IMG/VR virus record: IMGVR_UViG_3300005618_000016
Source: an uncultured virus (IMG/VR IMGVR_UViG_3300005618_000016)
Taxonomy: Duplodnaviria; Heunggongvirae; Uroviricota; Caudoviricetes
DNA length: 64,000 nt
Reading direction: 5' to 3' (one strand)
The position numbers and the translations under genes are program-made. Shown here piece by piece: positions 10,009 to 20,256 of this stretch (positions within the stretch are counted from its first letter, which is position 1; each line of letters starts with the position of its first letter). The notes under the pieces were generated by a model. It worked only from the letters and a program-made list of their open reading frames with translations. It had not been told where the DNA came from and did no database searches.

Positions 10009-10181
10009 CCTACGAGTACCAGTGCCGCTCCTGCGGTCACCAGTGGGAGACGGAGCAACGGATCACCGAGGCGCCTCAGTCGCGCTGCCCATCGTGTGAG
10101 AAGGAGACGGCGATGCGTCTCATCTCGAAGACCTCGTTCATCCTGGAAGGAAAGAACTGGGAGAGCAAAGATGGGTACTAA
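10005..10181 (+). CDS. FmdB-family zinc-ribbon protein
   Basis: TYEYQCRSCGHQWE...RCPSCE...RLIS...F.L.GKNW. Confidence 0.8.
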   Translation: MTYEYQCRSCGHQWETEQRITEAPQSRCPSCEKETAMRLISKTSFILEGKNWESKDGY

Positions 10182-10380
10182 GGAACTTCTCGCTGGCATC
10201 GAGGCTCAACGAGATCGCCAGCGCTTCATGTCGCTGCCGCTCGAGACGCGCGTTCGGAACACGTGCCCCGGTTGCGGGTGCCGGCTCATCGACAACGACT
10301 ACACGCGCGCGCTCGTTTTCGTCACCGGTCCAGAGAAGGAGGGGCGGTGCTCGAAGTGCGGATGGGAAGGAACCAAATGA
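10171..10380 (+). CDS. small Zn-finger protein
   Basis: CPGCG...CSKCGW. Confidence 0.55.
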   Translation: MGTKELLAGIEAQRDRQRFMSLPLETRVRNTCPGCGCRLIDNDYTRALVFVTGPEKEGRCSKCGWEGTK

Positions 10381-10736
10381 GCCTCGAATCCCAGTTCCAG
10401 TCCGCTCTCCTGCTCGCCGCTCCGGCGCGTTTGCCGTCACTGCGACTCTTCCGTCGAAACATCGGAGAGGCGCGTCTCAGGGGCGGCTACACGGTGCAGT
10501 TCGCGATTCCGGGGCAGTGCGACCTCTACGGGATCGTTCGCGGGGGCGGGCACATCGAGATCGAGTTGAAGGGTCTGAAGACGCGCGTCGAGCCCGAACA
10601 GAGAGCGTGGGCGGACTGGTGCGCCGAGTGGCGTGTGCCGTACCTCCTGCTGAGGCCAGAGAAGAGCGAGACGGTGACGCAGACGGTCTACCGGTGGTGT
10701 CACGAGATCGAGAATCAGATTTTGAACTTCCGGTGA
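10377..10736 (+). CDS. VRR-NUC-like nuclease / resolvase
   Basis: PGQCDL...IEIELK...EQRAW. Confidence 0.75.
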   Translation: MSLESQFQSALLLAAPARLPSLRLFRRNIGEARLRGGYTVQFAIPGQCDLYGIVRGGGHIEIELKGLKTRVEPEQRAWADWCAEWRVPYLLLRPEKSETVTQTVYRWCHEIENQILNFR

Positions 10737-11215
10737 CGAAACTCTTCTCTCTCCATGTTGATCCCTCTGGCTTCCGATTCAGAAATCACTCCGTCCAGAT
10801 AGACTCGCAACCTATCGACCGATCCACAGGTTTTGAGTATTCGACTTTTTCCTTCGGAAGATGTCGCTTTCATCTCGGTCTTGATCGAGTACAAAAAGTT
10901 GACGCACAACGAACGAACGCGCGCGTATCCCTGGGCGTGGTTTCCAATGAGACCGCCAAATCGCATTCTTGGAAAGATCACGGGGACTCGACGCTCTATT
11001 TCGATCGCTGCCTCATGCGTCGGACACCACTCGCTCGGGAGCTGATCGCTCTTGTTGCCGTTGCACGTTGAGCAGGCTCGTACGAGATTCCACGGCTCAT
11101 GAGGACCACCTCTGGCGAGAGGAACAACGTGTTCTTCGTCGAGCAGGGACTCCTGGTCGCAGTAGAAACAGGTTCCCTGCGTTCGGTACCTTGATCCCTC
11201 TGGGCGCTGACTCAT
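10715..11215 (-). CDS. HNH endonuclease
   Basis: CFYC...EEHVVPLARGG...NLVRACSTCNGNK; start uncertain. Confidence 0.85.
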   Translation of the reverse strand: MSQRPEGSRYRTQGTCFYCDQESLLDEEHVVPLARGGPHEPWNLVRACSTCNGNKSDQLPSEWCPTHEAAIEIERRVPVIFPRMRFGGLIGNHAQGYARVRSLCVNFLYSIKTEMKATSSEGKSRILKTCGSVDRLRVYLDGVISESEARGINMEREEFRHRKFKI

Positions 11216-11339
11216 CGACTCGATGCGACAACCTGGACAGACGGTACCAAGCGTTTCGCAGTCTCGCTTTCCACAGACCGGACAGAAGAACCGTACCATT
11301 ACAGTGTTACTTGAGTTGGGATGGTTAGGTGGAGTTGGG

Positions 11340-11566
11340 TTTTTCACTCGTCACCGTTTCTCGCCACACACTGATGTGACGTAGCATCCCGGATGTTGAT
11401 TCTATTCTCGGAGATCTAGATAGATCTAGAAATGCAACCGATATCGGGGAGAACCCAACCGTACCCCGTCATCCCCACTCAAGTATTACTGTAAATCGAT
11501 CATAAGTATTTGAAATATATAGTTTGAAAATATCCGTGCCAAACCACCAAGACAACAAGATCGATT
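11340..11566. other. candidate replication origin
   Basis: AT-rich non-coding stretch with AGATCTAGA x2 and TTTGAAA(A)TAT x2, beside the primase-helicase gene. Confidence 0.4.
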
Positions 11567-14392
11567 CTACTCGGTAGTGTCTGGTACCAGGGAAAGATTC
11601 GGGCCAACAGTCGACTCTATCTTCCACCTCATGACCCCGCCGCCTCCGGATTTGGTAACCAGGCGCAGCCCCCCGATGATGCGCCCCTTGAAGGCGCCCA
11701 AACGCTTCCCCAGCTCGACCGGGTCGGGCGCGGTGCTCCTGCCCTCGAACTTCATCCCGCGGCGCCCGACGAGCGTCTCGATGGCGTCCCGGAGGTCTTC
11801 GAGCCCGTCCTCTCGAAGGTTCCCTTCGCTGTCCCTGGGTCGCTCGCATTTGTAGAGGAGCTCGACGATCGAACTGATCCGAAACCAGTCGTCTCCCTGG
11901 ATCTCTCGCAACCTGGTCATGATGCACCGAATGCTTCGGAGGTCGTTGTCGACCTCCTCCTCTGCTTCTGGCCGAGCTCCCATCGGATCGGCTCCGCCAG
12001 CAAACTTGATCGCGTGTGGAATGAGCCTCGACCATTCCTCGAAGGATCCCCAGCGAGCGCACCCCATGTCGGGGCGTCCGGCGCACCAGTACGCGCGAAG
12101 GAGGAGAAGCGCAGCCGACACCATGCGAGGTCTCTCCTTTCGGATCCACCCAAGCAAATCGTCGTGCTCGAACTTCGTGCGATGCTCGGGACTCTCCTCT
12201 GTTGGCTCCAGCCTGGCCATCAACACGCGGCGACTCGTGTCACCGTAGAGACTCATGTTGTTCCCGGTTGCCATCACGAGCGCGCGCCAAGGGATCGTGA
12301 GCACCTTGGTGGCCCCGAGAACTCGGAGCTCCACCTCGTCTCGAGCGGTGATGACCCGATCCATCGGTCCCCCTCCGAACGGACGCATTGCCGGGACGTT
12401 GTCGAGGCATATGAATGGAGATCCCTTGAGTGCGTACCCAGCGAGTATTTTCTCCAGCTCGATCTCATCGGTCGTGTAGTTCATGCGTGGAGCGCCGCGA
12501 CCTGTGACCACCATCGCAATGGCGTCTGTCTGAAGGGTCTTGCCTGATCCACGCGTTGAGGCGTCGAATAGGATCGCCGGAATCGATCCAAGAATCGCCG
12601 GTCGAGCAACGAGTGTGAGGATCGCTGCGATCGGCACCGAGCGATGAGCGTCGTTCACGTACGGGAAGTCGGCGAAGATCTCGCTCAAGTATTGGAACGC
12701 CCAACGCGCGTTGTCGCGCGTCGCGTGGTCGTCGATGATGTCTGGAAACTTCGTGCTCGGAACGTACACGTAGTGCGTGATCTTGTCGTATCCAGCATCC
12801 TGAATCACCACGCCGTCGGGGCGAAGGATGGGAGTTTCGACGACGCCGACGATTGTGCGGATCCCGGGCCAGTCTCCTTTGCGCTTGTGCAGTGAGCTGA
12901 CGATTTCGTCGGTCGGCATGATGGGTACGTACCGCTGCTGCTTTTCGACCCACTTCTGGAAGATCGCCGCCTTGGAGAGCCGCTCGCGAGTGTTCGGCAT
13001 TTCTAGCTCAATGATCAGCGGCGTTCCTTCGACGAGCTGTCGATGGATCTTGCCGTCATCGCTTGCTACCGGAGCCGAGTTCTCACTCTGCTCCCTCGAA
13101 ATCTGAGTGATGCAGACGAGCTTCTGCTCGCGCTGGTACAGGTTGTCGTCCGTGCGTAGCGCGACGATCGCCTCGTCGACGTTCTTGAACAGCTCGTGCG
13201 TGACCTTGATCGCCGGTTTCCCTCCCTGCGTGATCAGTGGAGATTCGGAGGGTCCCGGAGGCTCGGAAACCCCGCTGGCTACATAGGGACCCGAAGATGG
13301 AGAAGAGCTGGAGGTGAAGGTTGAACCTTCCGGCTGCGCCAGCACCATCGGAACCTTGGTGCTGCCGCTCTCTCGGATGCGCCTCTCTGCGCTGGCGATC
13401 GTCTTGCGAGATTCGGTTTCGGTGAGCCCGCATGCGCGCGCCGCACGAAGCAACTCGTCGTGCACCCACTGCCACTGGTGTGACAGGTGCATCCCGGCGC
13501 AGTATTCAAACATCCTGCACGAGGTGCTGTATAGCGTGTTGTTCCGGTTTCCGTGTCCACATGCGGCGAGTGCGCGCGCTTGGTTCGTGACCGCAACCTC
13601 GAGATACCGCTCGGCCCTCTTACGGTGGTTGCCGGGCTTGGTCATCTCGGCCGGCGTGTACTTGCCGACAAACTTCGGGATCTCCAGCTTCGGCTTGAGA
13701 AGCTGCATCGCCCAGTGCACCGGAAGCGGCGCGATTGGACCTACGACGGTCCACTCGTACCGCTTCCCGTTGGCGTGCAGCGACGGCGCGACGACGACCT
13801 GACCACCTTCCACCTTCGCGTCTACGCCGGGGATCTTGTCCTTGCCGGTCGCGCCGGGGGTGAGCGCAGTGACGTTTTGGAGTTGGTCTGGATCGATCTC
13901 GGGCGGGGCGCTGTAGAAGAGACGGTACCCGCGCCCAGAGTCGCAACGAGGGGTAGGTGGAAGCAAGCCGAGTTCTTGCTCGAGAACGGCGATGCGATCA
14001 GCCTCGTCGATGTCGATCGCGATGATGTACTCGCCACCGGGCTGCTTGCCGAGTACCAGGCCGATGTTCGGCGTGAACCGCTGGCGAGCTACTTGGTCTC
14101 GCAGATCGTCGAACGAGAACTCCCTCTTCTGCCAGTTGGGAAGGATCGGATGCTTACCGATGGAGCTCGAACCGGATGCGGTTTTGTCGTGAGCCTTTCC
14201 GCATGAGCACCCGCCGTTTTCCGTCGGAGCGTGCAGCAGGACGATCTTGAGCCCGGTCTCGTAGTAGATGGCGACGGTCTCCTCCACCGTCTTCAGAGAC
14301 AGGAGCGAGTCAGGGATCGACAGAGACACCTGCGGCTGCGGTGGCTCAGTGGGTCCGGGTGGTTCGAGCTGATCGTTTTCCACGGAATCCAT
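11567..14392 (-). CDS. bifunctional primase-polymerase (Prim-Pol) + PriCT + P-loop helicase
   Basis: GKHP, NIGLVLG, IAIDID, GRGYRLFY, VVVAPSLHANGKRYEW; GNRNNTLY; RGSGKT, ICLDN. Confidence 0.9.
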   Translation of the reverse strand: MDSVENDQLEPPGPTEPPQPQVSLSIPDSLLSLKTVEETVAIYYETGLKIVLLHAPTENGGCSCGKAHDKTASGSSSIGKHPILPNWQKREFSFDDLRDQVARQRFTPNIGLVLGKQPGGEYIIAIDIDEADRIAVLEQELGLLPPTPRCDSGRGYRLFYSAPPEIDPDQLQNVTALTPGATGKDKIPGVDAKVEGGQVVVAPSLHANGKRYEWTVVGPIAPLPVHWAMQLLKPKLEIPKFVGKYTPAEMTKPGNHRKRAERYLEVAVTNQARALAACGHGNRNNTLYSTSCRMFEYCAGMHLSHQWQWVHDELLRAARACGLTETESRKTIASAERRIRESGSTKVPMVLAQPEGSTFTSSSSPSSGPYVASGVSEPPGPSESPLITQGGKPAIKVTHELFKNVDEAIVALRTDDNLYQREQKLVCITQISREQSENSAPVASDDGKIHRQLVEGTPLIIELEMPNTRERLSKAAIFQKWVEKQQRYVPIMPTDEIVSSLHKRKGDWPGIRTIVGVVETPILRPDGVVIQDAGYDKITHYVYVPSTKFPDIIDDHATRDNARWAFQYLSEIFADFPYVNDAHRSVPIAAILTLVARPAILGSIPAILFDASTRGSGKTLQTDAIAMVVTGRGAPRMNYTTDEIELEKILAGYALKGSPFICLDNVPAMRPFGGGPMDRVITARDEVELRVLGATKVLTIPWRALVMATGNNMSLYGDTSRRVLMARLEPTEESPEHRTKFEHDDLLGWIRKERPRMVSAALLLLRAYWCAGRPDMGCARWGSFEEWSRLIPHAIKFAGGADPMGARPEAEEEVDNDLRSIRCIMTRLREIQGDDWFRISSIVELLYKCERPRDSEGNLREDGLEDLRDAIETLVGRRGMKFEGRSTAPDPVELGKRLGAFKGRIIGGLRLVTKSGGGGVMRWKIESTVGPNLSLVPDTTE

Positions 14393-14646
14393 TGGGTTCA
14401 GCGAAACAGCGGGAGCTGCTTCTCAGGTTTTTCGGTGAGGCTTCGTACGTAGCGACGTGCGGCGGCGCGGGCTGATTTGCGAGAAGAGGCTTCACCGTGC
14501 GACGGACGCGAATGGTGGACGCGCCACACCCAGATCTCCCCGTCGTCCTCGAACACTTCCGCTTCTGCGCCGGTACGCTTGTCGTACGAACGCTCTCGGA
14601 GCGCCGTCCAACGCCGAAGTGTGTCGTCGCGTTTCACGCGACCCCC

Positions 14647-14688
14647 AGAAAAAGAAAACCCGCAGCCCCCGTCGAAAAGGGCTGCGGG
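14647..14688 (-). terminator. intrinsic terminator
   Basis: 10-bp stem cccgcagccc/gggctgcggg followed on the minus strand by TTTTCTTTTTCT. Confidence 0.7.
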
Positions 14689-14976
14689 CAGGAGCTCGCG
14701 CTCGAGGCTGAAAGATAACGTAGCGGGCGCGACGTGTCCAGCGTGGTCACCGACGCCTCCGTTCCGCGTCCGCCATGCGAGAACCCTTCTCGGTGAGAAC
14801 GACCGCGACCGAAGGTCCATGCTCTGCGAGCGGCAACACTTTCACGATGTCGTTCGCGACGAGCTGTCCCAAGAACTCCTCGGAGCACCAATGCACGACC
14901 ATCGCTCGCAACGGTGCGTAGCAGTTCTTCTGCTGGTACCGTTTGATGTGCCGGCAGATCTCGTAGGCGTCGTCGA

Positions 14977-15765
14977 TCATCGGATCAGGATCACCTTGTC
15001 GCACTGCGTCCCGCACCATCCGCTCTCGTGCGTCGAGGGTCGTCCGCAGCCGCACATTGGATCGCGAGGCACGCGGTGGTACCCGGCGATCCGTAGTGCC
15101 TCCTCCAGATCGTCCGCAAACTCCGCGTCGACCGCTCGACGTCGCTGCGCGTACTCCCAGAGGAGATCTTGCGCGGTGACATCCTTCACGCTGAGCGGCA
15201 CCTTGCCGCGCGGAGTGGTTGGGTACTTGTCGCTCTGAAATTCTCCGTTGATGAGGTGTGGGCGCGTGGCGGACACCGAGAGCGAACCGTTAGGTTCGAG
15301 GCGCACTTCGACGTCGTCTGGTATCTCTAACTTTTCAGGCGGATCGCCGATGACTTCCGGGAGATCGACGTATTCCGTATGCACTGCGCAGAGACGTAGG
15401 CTTCCATTGAAAGCAACGGCCACGTTTCCGCATTGCGCCCACATGCAGCATCCATCGAGAGGTGAAAGTAGTTGACCGGATGGGCGCGTCGACGGTGACG
15501 GTTTCTTCGGTGCCTCGAACGGTCTTGCTGCGACCTTGGCGTTGTGTTCTTCCACCCCTGGAAGCTCCTCGATGGAGCGCACAGCCGGATCACGTCCGCG
15601 CGTGATCACTGCTTTCCGCACGATCCAAGAGAGCTCCTGGCGCGCGAGACGTCGCGTCTCCTCTGCTGCTCGTGGCGGCTCCCTCTCGATGATGCACGCA
15701 AGATTCGGCGCGATGTACGACAGCGCTATCTTTTCGTCTTCGGTGAGATCTTCCTCGTTTTTCAC
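14977..15765 (-). CDS. hypothetical protein; N-terminal domain paralogous to 39096-39317
   Basis: PNLAC(I/V)IEREPPR..EETRR.ARQE is shared. Confidence 0.6.
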   Translation of the reverse strand: MKNEEDLTEDEKIALSYIAPNLACIIEREPPRAAEETRRLARQELSWIVRKAVITRGRDPAVRSIEELPGVEEHNAKVAARPFEAPKKPSPSTRPSGQLLSPLDGCCMWAQCGNVAVAFNGSLRLCAVHTEYVDLPEVIGDPPEKLEIPDDVEVRLEPNGSLSVSATRPHLINGEFQSDKYPTTPRGKVPLSVKDVTAQDLLWEYAQRRRAVDAEFADDLEEALRIAGYHRVPRDPMCGCGRPSTHESGWCGTQCDKVILIR

Positions 15766-16667
15766 GGTAGCCCCCACAGCAAGAACGGAACGACGAAGAG
15801 CACGAAGACGAGGAAGACCGCCAAGAACAGCCACGTCGGAGGCCACGGTGGCGCGTACTCGACGACGGGTGCGTAGTTACACACCCACGGAACCCCAGTG
15901 GTCATGGTTCTGCTGGCTGTGACTTGCTGTCCGAACGCCGACGCTTCGAGCGGCGTGAACGGACCGGCTTCGAGTTTCTGCGTCTCCGACGTCGCTTCCG
16001 GACCGGTCAGGGGTCGGAGCAGGAACCTGTAACGCGTCTTCTTCATCGTCATTCCTCGGCGAAATCTCCGTCGTGAATTGCTTGACCTGTCCTCTTGAGA
16101 CACCCGACACAAGCGTACTGGGGCTCTACCCCTGACTTCATTGCCCGCTCATACACGCGTTCTCCGAGCGCTGTGAGCGGTCGAAAGACAGCGGCGATCT
16201 CTACATCTGCCGGTTTGCCGCAAGACAGACACAGCGGCACCTGATGATGAGAAACCATTGAGGGTGGGCACCACAGGGTTGCGTTCCTGCTACCGCACGA
16301 GCACAAGACCGGAAGTAGATCGTCCATCCAAGGGAGCGGCAACTCGCAAGTGTCGCATTTCCAAACGTGAACGCGCTCGACGTGACCGCAGTTCGTGCAA
16401 CCACCATCCGTCCCTGACGCTCTGTTCCAGGTTGAATCCGTCACCGTTTTTCTCCGACGAGTTCGTCCGCCATCGCCCGAAGCACGCGCGCCGTCTCAGC
16501 CGCAGCCGCTTCCGGGACGTCGAGCGTGATCTTCGTCGGCTCGGTGGAGGTGATGCGTTCGCGCCTGGTTGCGAACTGAAAGTCGCTAAGATCTCGATTG
16601 AATCCGGCCAGCATGGAAATACACGGCACGACTCCGACGGGAAGCTTGCCCTCGACCCTGTGAAACT

Positions 16668-16973
16668 TCACGCTTCCCCCACTTTCTGCTTCCCCCAAAT
16701 CCGATCGTACCCCTCGCGATACGCCGGAGTGGCGACTTGCGCCGGTCCCTCGCTCTTGTAGATCGACGTCAGCTCGCGCCAGTGCCCGTCTCCGCACTCG
16801 CAGCTCGCGTCGCCAACATGTGCGAGTTCCAATCCGGGCTGCATGGGTTGCCCCTCCTTAGCCTCCCGTACGAGCACCTCCTTCACTTCGTCGTCTTGCT
16901 TGCGCAGAGCAATGCGCACGCCGGGGGCCACTTCGGGGCCGATGGAGATCTCATCCTTCTTGGACGACTTCAC
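16668..16973 (-). CDS. hypothetical protein
   Basis: coupled ORF in a minus-strand run of small genes. Confidence 0.55.
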   Translation of the reverse strand: MKSSKKDEISIGPEVAPGVRIALRKQDDEVKEVLVREAKEGQPMQPGLELAHVGDASCECGDGHWRELTSIYKSEGPAQVATPAYREGYDRIWGKQKVGEA

Positions 16974-18061
16974 AACGCCACCGGATTTGGAAACCGGACC
17001 TCTGACAGACGTTCGCTGTATTCGTGCGCCATCGCGGCAGCTCCGGCTACGAAACCGCGCCGGTAATGTTCTGCCGCATCCGCGCTGATCTGAGCAAGAA
17101 GATCACTCTTCTCGCGCTCGAACTCCGCCGTGACGCGATCGAACTCACTCTTCATCGATAGGCGTTCTGCTTCGACGGCGCGAGCGATAGCTTCGTCTCG
17201 TTCTTGCTTCAGGTCTCGGTACCTCATCGACGCTCCTCCTTGACACCCATGGCTTCCTTCAGGTCCCGCACACCCTTCTCGTACCCGCGACGCTCACCGA
17301 CGGTCCAGGCCGCGAGGAGCGGCAGACCGACCACTGGGATGACCCGCAACCCGACGTTCTGCACTGCGAACGCCATCCACGCGAGCATGACGGCCCAGAG
17401 GATGCCGGTGTAGATGGTGCTCAGGATCTCCGCCTTCATGGTTTCTCCTGCAACACCGAGCACACGACGCACCCGCAGAACACGGACCAGGCGCCGGTGA
17501 AGAAACAGCCGTGCGTCACGAGGCAGACGCAGAGCGCGATCAGGGCGACGTACATCATCCGGGGCACCGGTGGGTGGGCGACGTAGAGCCGCAGCAGATG
17601 CAGACGCAACGACCCTCTCGAGCCAACGTGTCGACACGACGCTGCCATCCCAGGATTGAGTTCGTGCCGCGACCCAGTGGATGAGGGATACGAGCTCGCG
17701 CCGTTCGTAGCGGCGGATGGATCCGCGGAAGAGGCTTCGCTCGTTTCGCTTCCTCCAGAAGCGCTTCGTCCGTGATCGGACGGTCCTTGAAAAATGCCAA
17801 CCTGAGTACCCCGAACTCCCTCCCCTGCCCCAGGCGTGCGGCATCGGAGAACAGCTCGATGACGCCGATGCGGAGCTCCTCGAAGGCGTAGCTCACGCAG
17901 TCCTCCCCTGGAGCAGACACGTGTACCGGGTCGACAATGGCTCGACTTCCTTTCGACGTTTCGACGGTGAAGAGGGTGATGCTAGATCCGGGACCCGGGC
18001 GAGGTCAAGGATTTCCGTGATGGTTGTTAAACACTACGGATTCGCGTATGGTCTGGGGCGC

Positions 18062-18244
18062 ATGAAGAATGAGTTCATCGGTGTCCGTGTTTCCGGCGAG
18101 CTTCGCAGGGCACTCAAGAACGAGTGCAAGCGGATCAGCAAATCTTCGGGCGTCGAGGTGAAAGAGAGCGCCGTGATCCGCTCCATCCTCGAGCAGAAAT
18201 TGATACCGAAGCGTCGTTCTGTTACGAGCGAGCGCGCAGCGTGA
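18062..18244 (+). CDS. small ribbon-helix-helix-like regulator
   Basis: FIGVRVSGELRRALKNE...SAVIRSILEQKL; heads a divergent operon. Confidence 0.6.
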   Translation: MKNEFIGVRVSGELRRALKNECKRISKSSGVEVKESAVIRSILEQKLIPKRRSVTSERAA

Positions 18245-18699
18245 GCGCCGCTGTCATTGCTCGGGCTCAAGACCCAAGGGGATCGGCGCGTCGGAGCCCC
18301 ACCGCCGGAAACCGCGGACAGGGTGGCAAGTGGTTACACCCAACGACACGTCGACGCATCTACGAGCGCGACGGGTGGCGGTGTGTGTGGTGCTGCGCTC
18401 AGGTCGAACGAAATGCGGTAGGAATTGTCCGCCAGGCAACGATCGATCACGTGATACCTCGCTCGCGAGGGGGATCGAACCGAGCAAGCAACCTGATCAC
18501 CTGCTGCTCCCTCTGCAACGCGAAGCGCGGACACCGCAGCGTTCCGGCGTTCGCGGTGGCTCTTTGTGGTGTCTCGGATCAGGTGCCGCCGGTACTCGTC
18601 GGATACCTTCGTCACCTGGAGCCGATCAAAATGATCGTGAGGCGAGTTCGAGCGGCGCAGCGTCGCAAGTTGCCTACCATCCCGGAGCCCATAAAATGA
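18241..18699 (+). CDS. HNH endonuclease
   Basis: IYERDGWRCVWC...TIDHVIPRSRGG...NLITCCSLCNAKRG. Confidence 0.88.
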   Translation: MSAAVIARAQDPRGSARRSPTAGNRGQGGKWLHPTTRRRIYERDGWRCVWCCAQVERNAVGIVRQATIDHVIPRSRGGSNRASNLITCCSLCNAKRGHRSVPAFAVALCGVSDQVPPVLVGYLRHLEPIKMIVRRVRAAQRRKLPTIPEPIK

Positions 18700-18932
18700 A
18701 CTTCAGTCAGGCGCTCGAGAACTTGAAACTCGGCAAGAAGCTTCGTCGCAAGGGAAACGCCGAGGTGCTGCGACTCGTCACCCCGGACTCGGATCTCCGT
18801 GTGCAAACCGGAAAGGGCACGCGCGGAACGTTCGGAACGTTCATCGGTGTCGTGTGGGAGGGAGGACAGGTCTCTCCTTGGCACGTACCGCACGCCGATC
18901 TGCTCGCCGACGACTGGGAGATCGTGAAGTAA
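18696..18932 (+). CDS. DUF2829 / Tad2-like anti-Thoeris sponge
   Basis: MNFSQALENLKLGKKLRRKG...PW...ADLLADDWEIV. Confidence 0.75.
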   Translation: MNFSQALENLKLGKKLRRKGNAEVLRLVTPDSDLRVQTGKGTRGTFGTFIGVVWEGGQVSPWHVPHADLLADDWEIVK

Positions 18933-19115
18933 ATCGACCGCCCGCAGGCGAACGGAAAAGCCTGCGAGCGGTCTAGGGCCCCACAACCGTACTTTGGGAA
19001 GAATGGCGAAGGGGCCCTGAAGTTGAAGTTGACACTCGTCGCGGATCTCTGTCAATCTACGCGCGGGAAGAATGGCGAGAGAGTTTCGCCTTCTCTCTGC
19101 GAAGGAGACGAAGCG

Positions 19116-19373
19116 ATGGCGACGGAGTTGAACGTGAAGGAACTGTGGGTCGGGTGGACCCGAGATGCGGCTCGGCAGTACGAGCGTCCCGACGACCTCG
19201 ACGAGGAAGACGTGGTGAGCGACATGGTCGACTTCACGACCGAGTACGCCGATATGATGCTCGAGGAGTACGAGGGCTTCACCGCGAGCGGGCGCAACGC
19301 GCGCAAGAAGAAGAAGCGCAAGAAGGTCGAAGAGCCCGACGACGACGAAGAAGACGAAGACGACGAGGATTGA
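19116..19373 (+). CDS. small highly acidic protein
   Basis: AGGAG SD; D/E-rich with a poly-D/E tail. Confidence 0.65.
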   Translation: MATELNVKELWVGWTRDAARQYERPDDLDEEDVVSDMVDFTTEYADMMLEEYEGFTASGRNARKKKKRKKVEEPDDDEEDEDDED

Positions 19374-19384
19374 AGGAGAATCAG

Positions 19385-19498
19385 ATGGCTTCCAAGAAGA
19401 AAAAGAAGACGGGCTCGAAGCGCAAGTGCGGCGTGTGCGGCGTGCGAGGGCACAACAAGCGCAGCCACAAGCGCGGTGGCAGGCTGGCGCGTAAGTGA
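19385..19498 (+). CDS. small basic zinc-knuckle peptide
   Basis: MASKKKKKTGSKRKCGVCGVRGHNKRSH; AAGGAG SD. Confidence 0.6.
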   Translation: MASKKKKKTGSKRKCGVCGVRGHNKRSHKRGGRLARK

Positions 19499-19628
19499 GA
19501 GCGTACGGGCTCATGAAGAAGACGCCTCCGGGGAAGAAAAAATCCCCGAAGGCGTCGAAAACGAAGCGCGGCGACATCCGGCGCAGGCACAACGCGCGCA
19601 GCATCTTGCCGTTCGGGAGACCCGCCAA

Positions 19629-19928
19629 ATGAGCGAGAAGGAAGAGAAGCGCGAGAAGGCGAAGAAGCTCATCGAGCAGGCCCTCGACGACAGCGTCGAG
19701 GGGGCAGAGCGAGCGGCATTCGCGCTGCGCGCGATCAAGATCATCCGCAAGTACGAACTGCTGAGTCCTCCGCCGCTCGACGGGATCCTCGAGAACGACA
19801 CCGTACGCGCTGTGAAATCGGTCGCCGACAAGCTTGCCGATCCGGAGCTCGTGGGCGGGCTCAAGGTGTTGTTCGGCGTGGCGAAGTCTGCGGCGTCAGC
19901 GGCGAGCAGGAGAAGGAGATCACGATGA
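19629..19928 (+). CDS. hypothetical protein (DUF2786-like N-terminus)
   Basis: KAKKLIEQA...AERAAFALRAIKIIRKY. Confidence 0.5.
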   Translation: MSEKEEKREKAKKLIEQALDDSVEGAERAAFALRAIKIIRKYELLSPPPLDGILENDTVRAVKSVADKLADPELVGGLKVLFGVAKSAASAASRRRRSR

Positions 19929-20254
19929 GACAGAAGATCAGCGAACAGCATCGACTCGACGAAAACGAGAACCCGGCAGGCGGCACCACCACTGGTGTCG
20001 GGATCCTCATCGACTGGCAGAACGGACCTCTCGGGAGAGGCGCGGACCGCAAGGAGCCGAATGGGGCCTTCGTCGAGGGCGTGATCGAAGCAGCGATCGG
20101 CCGTATACGGCACTACCAGACGGCGAACCGCGGCAAGTTCGCATGCCGCGAGAACGCCATCGCGCTCACGAAGCTCGAGGAGGCGCTCATGTGGCTCGAC
20201 AAGCGCACCGCCGACCGTGAGGCGCGAGAGGTCGAGGGTACGCATCGGGTCTGA
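19925..20254 (+). CDS. Tad1-like (Tad1/Acb2 family) cyclic-nucleotide sponge
   Basis: WQNGP...NG...RIRHYQ...FACRENAIALTKLEEALMWLDKRT..R..REVEGTH. Confidence 0.85.
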   Translation: MRQKISEQHRLDENENPAGGTTTGVGILIDWQNGPLGRGADRKEPNGAFVEGVIEAAIGRIRHYQTANRGKFACRENAIALTKLEEALMWLDKRTADREAREVEGTHRV

Positions 20255-20256
20255 AG

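Noticed and set aside
7633..18699. DUF559 and HNH nucleases as intron- or intein-borne elements
   Set aside because: They are free-standing ORFs and do not interrupt any gene.
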